A stretch of 60,726 nt of DNA, counting the filler, from Hausera hauseri (lineage: Eukaryota): NCBI GenBank assembly GCA_046269625.1. It is 11 parts of 11 records of this genome, joined end to end, with 100 filler letters (N's around TTAATTAATTAA, not from the genome) between each part and the next. Parts side by side here need not be neighbours in the genome. Positions count along the whole stretch, not along the records: positions 35,458 to 40,326 come from JBJURY010409144.1; positions 40,427 to 44,419 come from JBJURY010833637.1; positions 44,520 to 49,956 come from JBJURY010255626.1; positions 50,057 to 56,674 come from JBJURY010081214.1; 7 more parts are not named here. One strand, given 5' to 3'. A program made the translations under genes and the position numbers. Below, piece by piece: positions 37,750-50,439 of this stretch. Position 1 is the stretch's first letter, and the number at the start of each line of letters is the position of its first letter. Under the pieces are notes generated by a model. The model was not told where the DNA came from. It ran no database searches and was given only the letters and a program-made list of their open reading frames with translations.

Positions 37750-39430
37750 AGTTTTTATATTTCGTAGTTAGGTTAATTAAGAATCCTAACATAGACATCA
37801 AATGAATCAACAGTCGCTTTTTAACTCTGTTTAAAATGGAATTATCATTCTCATTTGTCTACACACTTTCCGACATCGTCCGATTTTATTTACAGCGGTG
37901 GTTTTACTTTTTATATGGACTTGAAAATTCTACACATGGTTTTCTGACTTGATAAGTAACGTTGTTCTTTGTATTTCCTCTCAATTTCTTAACCTATTTT
38001 TATAACGATTATGCTTTGGATTCGTAGTCACCTATTAGGTAGATTCAATTACCATTATGATTCACTTGGAGTTTGTATCGAAGCCAATTATCAACAATGT
38101 TTCTGTGATAGTAAAAATAAACTTGAAATACATGATGGGGTTAGATGGGATATTGGTTTAACAAATTTGTTTTTAGTGTCTATCAGTATATAGCAGGTTA
38201 GTGCCAACAGAATACGTTTGGACATCAGGTACGGAATGAAGTACAAGGTATAGATCGAGTTAACTAATGAGTTTTCCGAAATGTCGTTAAAGATCAACGT
38301 CTAATTTTGTCGGAGAAAGTTGCCCAGCCGACAGGAAATATTCTATTTTTAGATTATCATTCGGTTTGTTTCATGCTACTTAGCATTGCCGACACCAACT
38401 CGTGTATTGATTTCACAGAATGTTCCAAATGGTATTATTGGAATGGGGCTTCCTTTATTATTTGGAATTTAGTATTTCCGTAAACACGTGTATTTATCTA
38501 TCTTTGTTTTAATATTTTCATTAATCTACGAAATTTCTATATGCATATATGATTTGATAAGTCTTTATGTATATTCCTAAAACTTATTTGACATATTTTA
38601 AACAGGGTCAATCTTAATGATCGCTAATCTAGTAAGCCCCATCTTGGCCACCAAATTAATGTGGTTACTTCGTATTGAATTTGTTGCTCCAGTGCCTCGG
38701 AAATCGGCTTTCTCGCTCGCTTGTTTACTTAGGAATCTCCAGTTCTTTATGTTGCGGGTTCGAGGCGGTACGTTAACGGGGTTACTTGCGCCGGTGTTTC
38801 GTATTTGAGTACTGAAGCAATTTGCCTGCTCGAACAACCGTATAGGTTCGATGATAACGGAAACTATTGGAAAACGGAAACTATTTGACATTTCGTAAAT
38901 GGTCTTAAATGTTGAACCAAAGAACGAAAATTTTATTAAGGGAATTTTCATTAAAACAATTTAGCAATACAAACTTTAAGCAGCTTTAATTTATTTAAGT
39001 TACAATACGTATTAATTTATTACCGAGCGTCGGCTTGATGTCTCCTACGTGTCCGCTCATGTAGGAATTGATCTAGCGTTGAATCAAATCAAAGTGCGTC
39101 GTAAAGTTTCGGAAAATGTCTGGCAATGTCTTCCTGTACCGAGATCGCCTATGGATATTGTATACTGTTGTTCAATTTCGTCCAAAGTAATTTCTACTAA
39201 CTAGATTAAAGTTGGTAAATTAATAGAAGTATCTACCTGATGTTACTGTCGAGACTAAACTTCCAATAGAATCGTTGTAATTCACCATTTGTTCAGAAAT
39301 TTGTTCGTCAAGTTGATTGTCCTTAGGCCTTCTCCCAGTAACGTTCACGATAGTAAAAGTCGGTTGGGTTAGTTGTGTTTTGTAACGCAATTAATTCTTC
39401 TGTGTTGTAGTAGTGTGTTTTGGTGTCCGT
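37750..39430 (-). pseudogene. Decayed ORF(s) co-oriented with rep; candidate capsid or accessory gene
   Basis: Coding-like frames (38598-38951 and neighbours) downstream of a TATA-like TAGTATATAAG at ~39440-39450; no diagnostic motif seen. Confidence 0.3.
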
Positions 39431-40650
39431 TGGTGGCAGCTTATATACTACCGGCGAATTTTCGAAATTGAATATCCGGTAAATTTTCAAAATTGAATTT
39501 TGGAACTTGGTTTGTTGATTATTGTGTGGGTACGAGAGTTATGACTCGTGCGTCATAATTATATTTTTAGAATATTAGTCGTCATTGTGACTTCTGTAGA
39601 TTTTCAGGATGTGGGTACGGGTAATTTTCAAAATTATGACACCTGCGTCATAACTCATTTGTCGAAAATTAGTCATTCATTTAATTATGGAATGGACTTT
39701 TATGGTTTCTAGACTATGATTGGTTAGACATTATGAAATTTTAAATTCGGGCAATTTCTAAGTTAATAATTTCATTTGATTGTTAATCATTTAGTGATTA
39801 CTATTAACTTTACAAGAGTAATTGATCAATTTTTAGTCCAATTTTCAGTCTCAACTTAATATTTAGTTAATTGTTATTTAGTTACTTTGCCGCCTTTGGT
39901 AACAATTATACAATTTACAGTAATGATGGGAATACCCATCAGACGGGTTAACAAAATCAAACGAGGATTACTGTATATGCAGGTTTATTATTCACAATAA
40001 TCGATTATCGGGTCAATTTGTCACTGTCAAATGTTAGTCAATTTTGTGATTGTGAGACAATATCGGAAATTTCTGTAATTCGGTTTTAGTCCAGTTCGAT
40101 ATATTGGATCGGTAGTTGCATTGGAATTGAATTTGAATTGTATGGTGTTGGGAATTTTGGAATGTTTCGAGTACTAGTATACTTTGGATATTGGATGTTT
40201 TTAGGATTGTTCGTTATTAAGGAATCCCAACACTACGAATCACTTTTCAAACTGATTCCTGTCTCGAATTTCAAATTAATTCACGTATTAATAGAAGACG
40301 TGAATTTATACTTCACTCGGTTTACCNNNNNNNNNNNNNNNNNNNNNNNNNNNNNNNNNNNNNNNNNNNNTTAATTAATTAANNNNNNNNNNNNNNNNNN
40401 NNNNNNNNNNNNNNNNNNNNNNNNNNGATTATTTTTATTCTTCTGAACTGTTTTTGCCATGTATTCTTACAACTCATGTAAGTATTGTTGTATTGAACAT
40501 TAAATTATTTTTGTTAGTTGTATTATTATAATTGTTAATAAGGTTAATTAATAATTGAAATAACCAGGGTTCCTCCTTTTTGGTATTCCGTCTATAAGAC
40601 GGTTGTCCAATATATCATAAGTAAGGAGAAACGACACTAGTGTACCTCCT

Positions 40651-40833
40651 AGTGATCGATACTCACATACCCAAAATAATTTATCAAGCAGGCCCCACAA
40701 GCTGCTTACAAGAATAATTAAAGAACTGAGTCTTGGGAGAAAGTATGCCCAGACTACTATTAGCATTAGATTATAGTATAAGTTTAGGGTTGGGAAAACC
40801 CAAACTCTTTTCACAACTTCTAAACTTATCACT
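40651..40833 (+). repeat. Candidate 5' LTR (AGTGAT...ATCACT, overlapping the PBS by 1 nt)
   Basis: 6-bp terminal inverted repeat directly abutting the PBS; 5' boundary uncertain. Confidence 0.4.
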
Positions 40834-40849
40834 GGTGTCCCGAGTGAGG
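40833..40849 (+). promoter_or_regulatory. Primer-binding site (tRNA-Met type)
   Basis: TGGTGTCCCGAGTGAGG, about 140 nt upstream of gag. Confidence 0.8.
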
Positions 40850-40988
40850 AGGCATACTGGCGTCGTATTCTTTACTAAGTAAACGTATACACGCTAACAC
40901 TACAACTTCACACACTGATTCAGAAAAAAGTAGTTCTGAATCAGCAGACGAAAACCGTTTGATTGAATCAAGTACAGAGAAGAAACCT

Positions 40989-41978
40989 ATGTCTAGTTCT
41001 GGAATAGGAACGGGCTCAAGTACAACTGGTACGATGGTTCTTCCGATGGGTAAGTTTGAAAGAAAACCGGACGAAGATTACAGTGAGCTTTTGATGCAAT
41101 ATCAAATGTACTCACAAAGCTTCGCATGGACAGATGAGCTCAGAATACAACATCTTCCCTAGCATCTTAAAAGAATAACACTTATTGCTTATGCTCAGCT
41201 TACGGATGATGACAAAGCTGATTGAGCTAGCCTTAAGGACGCCCTGGAAGAAAGACTATTAGTAGACCCTTCAGGAAAAGTTTGGATAGGAGAGTTTAAC
41301 AAGCGACGTCAAAGAAAAGATGAAAGCGTGCAAGAATATGCATGTGCCCTTTAAAAATTGGCTCAGGGAGCCTACGCAGATGACTATATAAGAGAAGACG
41401 CTCTTCTGGCTCAGTTTTGTTATGGAGTTACTAAGGAAATACAAAACTACATCATTGTTGCTGACCCTGACACATAAAGAAGCTGTTAGTAAGTCTAGGA
41501 AAATTGAAGTCAATTACTAAAGATTGGAAAATATTAGAAAGCCTCATAGGACTGATGACAAAAAGATGAAAAATCCTCAGTCAAAGAAAAATTTTCAAAA
41601 ACCGTTTTATAAAACTCAGAATCAAACGGAACAACAGCAGAAGAAGGTTACATGGCAACAAGACCAACCTCAATATCTTCGATGAGGAAACCAACGGTTA
41701 ATCGGAATGGACAGCCATTATGCTTTGCCTGCCAAAAATATGGGCATATGGCTCGTACCTGCCATAATCAAGGACAGTCAAGTCAAAAGAAGAAGAATGT
41801 CGATATAATAGGTAATATATCTGATACAGATAAAGAATATGAAACCACAGACACAGAGCCTGAAGATACGATAGAAAAACTTCAACAAAAGATTAGATCA
41901 AAATTAAAAGAAAGCGAGACCAATACGTTAGATGACGAGGATAAAATAGCTGAATTAGAACAGCTGTACCTCGAATGA
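40989..41978 (+). pseudogene. gag: Gag with CCHC zinc knuckle
   Basis: FAWTDELRIQHLP.L...AY; RRQRKDESVQEYA; CFACQKYGHMARTC at 41721-41762; internal stops. Confidence 0.88.
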
Positions 41979-42279
41979 AAAGAGCAGCAGATTTGTGAAA
42001 AAGACACAAAATGCTGAATGAAAATGCTATTATAGCTCCGGTTTTTAAGTCCAAAAAGTTTCCTGAATCAGAATAGGAAACCGAAAAGAAAAAAGTAAAG
42101 AGAAAAGATAAACCTCTTATACAAGAAGAGTTAAACACTCCCGAACCGAATTTACCCTCTGGAAGTGAGTCTGTGGAAAGTGAAACTAAACCAAAAGAAA
42201 AGATAAGAAGAAAGAAAGTAGAACGATCACCAGAATTCGATAGTTCATCTATAGACCTAGACCAGGACGGTGTGGAAAT

Positions 42280-43490
42280 AGTTCGAAGAATATGTTTATG
42301 CTAATCAAGAATTAATTGATGAAACTCAGTTCAGACAGGACCTCTCCATGCTACTGTCACCAACAATTAGTCATCACCAATTCGCTAATTTGCTAGATTT
42401 GTTGCTAATGTATGCTGCGGGCACAAGCCCATATCAGAATGTCGTACGGTATATAATTTATCGATATGCAGAAAGAGTGAGAACACTCGGAGAAAATCCA
42501 GAAGTAAAGATTACTCTCCAACAGTTTAATCAAGACTTTCACGTTTTAAGAATGAAGTCGTTGGGTACGATAGCTGTTTTGAAACATAGAATTAATGAGA
42601 TAAAACAGCCTCAAGGAGAATGGGATTTGCGTTTCTATGGTAGAACGATAATGGACTATGAAACGTTATATGAGGTAGGTATCTGGAAAAACAGATATAA
42701 TCCGATATGTATTACCTATAGATAATCTGAACAGGAGATAATCGATGAGCTTATAGTTAATGTTAGACGGAAAGAAACAGAAGAACATGAACACCATCAA
42801 GAAGCACAGCAGATGGGAATAGAAGTCAATGTCTCTATATCTGAACAAATACAAACAGATAAAAGAATACGTGGAAGGCCAAAAGGAACAACAAAACTTT
42901 ATCAATTAAAAGGCAGAAGTGCCTGAGATGATGAAGTCGTCCGAAGATTGCTAACAACAGAAGATGAATATGATGTAGATAATGTATCATTGGCAACAAT
43001 ACTACAAACTTTGTTAGCAAGAATGCATAATGCATTCGTTGAGTTCAACACTAATCTGCAAATACCAGATCCATTAATGCAAGCTATAAGGAATGAAATT
43101 GCAAAGGTTAATGAGCAATTTGCAGATATCCATACAGACGAGAGGATAAACGAAATCCAGGAGAGAGATATTTTATCGAGAATGATGGGAACCGGCATAT
43201 ATCGTAACAAAATTATAACAGCTATATCGTATCTCCTATATAAAATAATGGTAATGAATGGTGTAAACCCGAATCAAGAAGAGATAGAAAGAAACAAAGA
43301 AATTGCCACGAGAGCATTGAAGGCCAATTTTGAAGGATGGGTAAAATGTAGGGGTGGATGGATTACTAGTTTGATTCAAACGACGATACATGAATTAGTG
43401 CCAATCACTCAACGACAAGCGGAACATCTTCCACCTCGACGACCAGACAGACAACAAAATTTACAACCAGATTTTGATTTATCATGGTTG
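42280..43490 (+). pseudogene. Unknown helical ORF(s) between gag and env
   Basis: Long open frames 42348-42725 and 42948-43622 with no protease, RT or integrase motifs. Confidence 0.55.
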
Positions 43491-43494
43491 ACAG

Positions 43495-44419
43495 AGGTTA
43501 TACCCATACTCCTTCTGTTTAGTCTTTTGCCAAAAACACTCTCAATCATTGCTTATGATTGTAGTCAAGCTAAGGAAGGTCCTATATACTCTTTATTTCA
43601 TTTGCCAACCCGGCATTATTAACTACAAAAACAGACAAGGATTATTATGTTTATCAAGAATCAGAGTTTGTAAAAACCAAAGTGAAAGAATGTTTTGTTC
43701 GAAGAAATCAATTTCATTTCATCTGTGGTTATTGATATAGAAATTCAGCCATTATAGAACCAACTACCCCGTCTGAACCTCTTCCTATAAGCAAGCGTAT
43801 GTGCATAGAGGCATTTGTGACAAAACAAATCAATATTGGAAGTATTTGGTTAAAAGCTCAAAAAGGAAAAATTATCAATAAAAGAGTATTAGTGGCCGGA
43901 ACGATGGATAAAACAGGATATTGTAAAGGACAATCCTACAATATAAATGGTGAAATGTTAGATAATGTAGTAGCCATTGAGGATTATCAAGTTGAGCTAA
44001 GAGAGTATGATGCTCTCTTTGAATTATCATCAGGAAAAATGATGACATTTCCTGAATGTGACTACTACAATAAAGAATGTGATACTGGTGAATCAATCAT
44101 GTCATATGAAGTTGATAGAGACCAGTGTCAGTTAGCATTATTAAAAGTAGGAAAATTTAATGAAACAAAAGGTCGCATGTATAAAGAAGAGATATCCAAA
44201 AGTAGATTGGATAGGGTATCAGATATGATTGAAACACCAACAATAGTATACTCAGCAAACCCTCAGGATGGAATGAGATTTAAACTAGAAAGTGACACTA
44301 GAAGGTGTGATCAAACAGTATTTCGAACAAATTATAAAGGAATATTTTTATCTACGATAGAGATAATCAAAGTTAAAAAAAGAATTGATAAATCGAAAGT
44401 GAAACCTCACCTATATTTT
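43495..44419 (+). pseudogene. env: Chuvirus/Jingchuvirales-like (class III, gB-like) envelope glycoprotein, truncated by contig end
   Basis: Signal-like PILLLFSLLPKTLS followed by IIAYDC; Cys-rich ectodomain (FHCG, GYCKG.SY, CDY...C..G, C....RTNY). Confidence 0.72.
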
Positions 44420-45937
44420 NNNNNNNNNNNNNNNNNNNNNNNNNNNNNNNNNNNNNNNNNNNNTTAATTAATTAANNNNNNNNNNNNNNNNNNNNNNNNN
44501 NNNNNNNNNNNNNNNNNNNTCGACAGAAAATTACCGGATAACAGACACAAACCGAAAGTGATGTTGAAGTTCCTTAAACTTTTGTATTCCCGTTGTAAAC
44601 TCGCCTATAGCTTTGATTCTTTCTTTATGGAGATATTTCTGCATTTTTCATTCCCTTGGATTAAAATTTGTTATAAATTTCATAAAGAACTTATGCAGTT
44701 CATGGAGATTAATTATTTTTCTTTGATTATTATATCTCTCGACGATATCATTTGTGAATCTATAGCGAATCAGTTATCGGACGATTTTCTACATTATATT
44801 TCATTCCTGTCTAAAGTCAGAAATTTAGACCTAGGCAGTACAAGTCCTATGAAACGAAAACGCAAAGATTCGGTAGTGCGAAATCTATTTGGAAAAGCAT
44901 ATCTAAGACAACGTTCAAACGACTTTAGAAACTACCCATATAGACATCAGCGGAGAATACAAGGAGAGGACATTATGACTGGGCAAATAAAATGTCTTAC
45001 TCAAACTTTGAAAAAGAATATATCATAAGTTCTAATCAGTTCATTATCTGACCAGTCGGACGAAGAAATACCTTAAGACAAAGTGCATTTTTTTTATTGT
45101 ACAAAGGACGAAGATGCAAATTCGATACAAACTATCCAAGAGGTGCAATTTTATATGTCAACTTTTGAACAATTATGTAACAATACATTTAACCATTCTT
45201 TGTCTGTACACAATAGTATTAGTTGTAAAAGGAATTTTGGTAAACAAAAATGTTCTAATACTTGTTTGCCTGCGTATTAGGATATCAATAAATTAAAATC
45301 AAGTGAATCAAACGAATCACAGAAATCAGATGTTATGTGTAAAGGACCTACGCCAGTTTTTGACGTTCAAACTGCACGACATTTTCCTTCCCATCTTGGA
45401 TATTTATCAATTAATGCTTCTCTTTCTGATCGATTATCATATGTAACAAAAATGAATGGCAAAAGTGATTATAGTGACCTAAAGAGTCTTCTAACTTAAG
45501 GAACGGCTCCTGAAATCGCAGATACTAATATCCTCTTACCACAAGGACAGATCAGGTCACACGGTTCCCATTTCAATTTAACAGCATTTGGTCCCGGTGA
45601 AAATTGCTCAGCGCAGTCATTCTGTATCAAAATCACATCGACAATGCTTGGTCTCAATGAACATGCTGTCACTGCGTTTAGTAAAACAACATTCAGACAC
45701 AGGTGGGTGAGATTTTTTTCACTGATTTGCCCCACCAGCGTGACCATTTTTTGCACATGCAGACCCTTTCTGGCTCAAACAATTTTTTATTTTAAAGGGT
45801 TTCTAAGCTTAGCATCTTTGGATATTCCTTTATCCCAATCATCATTTGCCACCGCTATCCAGGCTGTATGCTCGAACCGCTTCTTAACACAAAAGGTAAC
45901 CGCCCGAGTCCCCCGTGCATTTCATCGTCCCCCTGGG

Positions 45938-48900
45938 ATGACTTCATTACAATTATATTTCCTAGTCTTTAGCTACAATCAACACATTACAACCTTAAAA
46001 GCTCCACTCAACAAGACAGCACACTTCTTATATAACGCTTTGCCCTCATCATATAACACTTCTGATTTCTATTTCACATATCAATGGCTTATAATACATC
46101 CTTCCGACTCCCTTTTGCTTTTAACATGCTACGAACGTCTCATCATCCACCTGGTGCTACATTTTCGCCTTCGGGTGGATCGGACTTAAACCCATCCTTC
46201 TTGGATGACAAATCCACAAATACAGGCAAAGTCTATCGTTTGCCAAACTTCCAACAGTCACGAGGTTCATCAAATTTACCTAGTGTATAATTTTTCCTCG
46301 ACAAAAACAACTCCAGCAAACCATGGCCCCAATTCCACCAACAGTGGCTAAAATCAAACAACATCACTGATTCGTTTGTGCGAGCCAATAACCTTTTAAT
46401 TCTTCTGCCTGCCAACGTCAAGCAGCAGATTAGTAATATCTCCGAGCTGCTACAATCCTCAACACCTTACAAGACACTCTGTGAAGCTGTACTGCATGTC
46501 ACGGATCCTTCGATTGACAATATAATACAAAAATATTTTAACGACCACGCGATAGAAAGCCAAAAGCCACCCGACTTTCTGCAAACAATCATTCTGTAGC
46601 TTAGCGCTCTAGTAGTGACACCTACGAATAACGCGGATCTAATTCGCCGTTATTTCTTGTCATTGTTGCCCACCTCAATCAGAGCCTAACTAACCGTTGT
46701 CGACAAATCCACCGCTATCGAAAAACTGGTAACAATGGCTAACAAATTTTTTGAGATTCTTCATACCAACAGTTCTCTCCATATTGCGGCTGCAACCACA
46801 TAGGCTCCAACTACAGACACGACATTTTTTACTCAACACTTGCAAATTACGCAGCAACAGTTTAACAAGTTACGACAATCGATTTCGGCCATTACTACCC
46901 AACTAAATAAACTTAATGGGCCTCGATAAAGTGAAACCAGACCTTCAAGAGAGAGAAGCATTTCCAGACACTCTGCTCGATTCATTTCACCTGGCGGACG
47001 CATGACGTGCTTCTATCACACGCGATTTCGAATGGATGCTAGGAAATACCTTTTGGGTTGTCGGTTCTACAGCGAACGGTACGTTGAGAACAACCCTATT
47101 TGTGTCTACTACAATAAGTTCCAGTCACAGGCTAGATCATGCGTACCTGGTTGCAAACATTACAACGATAAATCTCCTTGCTTTTCTTCCTCTTCTTCCT
47201 TTTCTATAAAACTTTCAAAAAACTAATAATGCCGCCAGATTTTACGGCACATTCTGGCGCAGGCAATATCGCTCAATCTTCTGGACGTTTCAAAACTGCC
47301 TCTTCAATCTTTCTGTTGAAAGCGGTATTATTATGCAGAGATACTTCACATATCGACTTCCTTATAGACTCAGGAGCTGCCTCTTCGCTCCATCCATTGT
47401 CTTTCGTTCCTACATCGACTATGATTTCCAGTCCGCCTCTTTTCACGGCCAGTGGTTAACCGTTACACGTTGCAGGAACACGGAATTGAATTTACATTCG
47501 CCAACTTGCCAGATAAGTCTGTTTGGAAGTTCCACGTGGCGAACATTAAATCTCCCATAATAGGCTCAGATTTTCTTGCCGCACATGATCTATTTATCCA
47601 CTGCAAATTCAGCTGTCTATTAAGCAGGAACTCGATTGCAACTCCAAACATGTGTTTCGTAGACAACATGGCGAGCAATTCATTGCATTCATCTGTGAAC
47701 ATGTTGAATGCTTCGTCATTTATAAAAAACTTCCGATAAAGTCGGTAATATTTCAGTTATGAACGACAATCATAAATCTATTTTAAAACAAAAATCCAAA
47801 TTAGGCATAAACAGTAGCAATGCCAGTTGCTATTCGTTAATCACTGGAGCTGTTCTCTCTAATGACATGCCTTATTCATTCTTGTCTCTAAACTCCAATC
47901 TTAAATCATATGTCATAACGTCTTGCTTTCGCATAGTTAAAAGGGACGTCAACTTCAAGCCTCTATCCACAACTTATCATCACATAGTAACAGAGCATCA
48001 GAGGCCGATCAAACAAGAGGTCAGACCTTTGTCACCACGAAGACGTAAAGCTGTGGAACAGGAGTTTAATGAACTGGAAAGATCTGCCATCACTCGGAGA
48101 TCAAATTCACCGTGGACTTCTCCTATTTATGTAGTGGTAAAGAAAGATGGTACCTATAGGCCATGTGGCGACTATTGTCAATTAAACAACCTGACCATTA
48201 CCGACGCATATGCACTATTACTCATTAAAGATATTCTTCACAGCCTCAACAACACCAATACCTATATTACCATTGATCTGATTAAAGCCTACCATCAAAT
48301 TCCTGTTGTTCCTGATTACATTCCAAAAACTGCTGTCATCACACCATTTGGTCTTTATGAATACATCTTCATGCTTTTTGGCCTTCGTAGCGCATCTCAG
48401 ACCTTTCAACGCCACATCGACACCGTTCTTTCTGGACTTGATTTTGCTCATCCATACATAGATAACATATTAGTCGCTTCAAGTTCCATCAAACAACATC
48501 ATGAGCATTTAGGATCATTTTCCACAGATTGCTTCAAAGCAACCTGCAAGTTAATTTCGCCAAATGCAATTTCTTCCAGAAACGTGTCAACTTTTTAGGG
48601 CACATAATTACTCCCTAAGGGGCATTCGCCCCAGCCTAATTGCTTACAACAGTTAAAAAATGTGACGTTTCCAACTACTACTACCGATATCAGGAGTTTT
48701 TAGGGACATTGCATTTCGTACACAAATACGTGCCTCACTGTTCCGAACTAACGGCACCTTGCGCACATCTCTCATCTGGGAAGAAACGATAATTAATCCA
48801 TTGGACTTCCGATCTAGTAAACCAATTTGATCGCCTTCGTAAAGGTCTGAAAACAGTTCAAATCTTAGCCTTTCCTAAACCAAACGCCGAATTAATTTTA

Positions 48901-49956
48901 ACTACCGATGCCTTTACCACATCAACTGCTGCGATATTACACCAAATATAAAATGGCGTCGATGAATTATTAGAATTCTATTCCCGAAAGCTCACGCAAG
49001 ATGAAAGCCGTTATTCAACATTTAATCGTGACTTCCTCGCCATATTTCTGGCAGTAAAACATTTCAAACATCTACCTCTCTCTTGTCCATTTGTCACTCA
49101 AACTGATCTCAAACCTCTCCTGCACACCATGTCGTTAAAATAGCCATCACCGAGACAAGAGAGATATATATCATACCTATCTACGTTTAACTTTGTGTTG
49201 GGATATATTTCAGGCACATATAATTTGGTAGCAGACTTTCTATCGAGGTCAGTTGGCTCCATCAATGTTGAGCCAATTTTCTCATCCGAAGTCTTAAAAG
49301 CCAATCAACCGTCTGCTGACTTCCTTAGGTCTTTTAAATCCTTCAAAATCATTGATGGCATCGCTTATGATACGTCGAACATCGGTAATAAAAAGATCAT
49401 TCTAGTACCGCCTTTACAAAAGCCAGCTTTTGTTCACACGCATTCACTCCACCATCCAGGTTCGAAAGCAACCTTTCGCCTGCTTCAACTTCATGTAGTA
49501 TTGGCATCAATGCGTAGAGATGTACATGGCTGAATTAAGGAATGTGTAGCCTGTCAAAATTATGAAATTAACAAACACCTTAAACCGCCACTGTACCATT
49601 TTCCTTGTACATCATGTTTTTACACATTTCATCTTGATTTCGTTGGTCCTTTACCTCCAGGCAACGGATATCAATATATACTTACCATGATGGATCGTGC
49701 TTCTCTCTGGCCTGAAGACATTCCTCTTCGTTCAACAAACACTGTTTCAGTTGCCGACGTTTTCATAAAAATCTAGATCAGTCGTTTTGGTTCCCCACGT
49801 TACATAATAACGGACCAAGGTCCACAATTTGAGTCGGAACTTTTCAAATTACTTGTCAAACACTAGGGTATATCCCATTTTCACACTACACCATATCATC
49901 CTCAAGCAAATGGCCTTCTTGAAAGGTTCCATCAAACAATAAAAGTTTCCTTAAAA
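45938..49956 (+). mobile_element. Ty3/Gypsy copy 3: Ubl-Gag, protease, RT, RNase H, integrase
   Basis: LIIHLVLHFRL(R)GGSD (1-nt deletion); ESQKPPDFL; FLIDSGAAS; IDLIKAYHQIP..PYIDN; LTTDA; HLDFVGPLP..TDQGPQFES..YHPQANGLLERFH. Confidence 0.95.
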
Positions 49957-50439
49957 NNNNNNNNNNNNNNNNNNNNNNNNNNNNNNNNNNNNNNNNNNNN
50001 TTAATTAATTAANNNNNNNNNNNNNNNNNNNNNNNNNNNNNNNNNNNNNNNNNNNNTGTACAGTAGATACAAGTTTGAACCCTTATGATTATATGTGCAT
50101 TGTGTTCTGAATGTTATTAATTTATTTGCTTTGTGTAGTATAAAAGCAGACAGTGTAACAATTAAAAAGTTGCAAAATTTCTTTTTGATTGCCTCTCAGA
50201 TTATCTTTCAACAACGAAGTAATCGGCACACTCAGCAGTCCCCCATTTTATTCCATTTTTGGTGCAGTTTCACTGTAGGTTGCCAGCACAGTATATGCGG
50301 TAATCAGTTTCTCATGCTCAGCCACTGGCCAAACCAGGACAAGAACCTTAAGGGTCACATTTCTTCATCCCATGTCGAGTCCCACACAGCATTATTGCTA
50401 GAAATAAAAATTAAAATGTATTTTTATATTAATAGAAAA

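Noticed and set aside
39430-40326. Canonical CRESS nonanucleotide (TAGTATTAC) stem-loop
   Set aside because: Not found by eye on either strand
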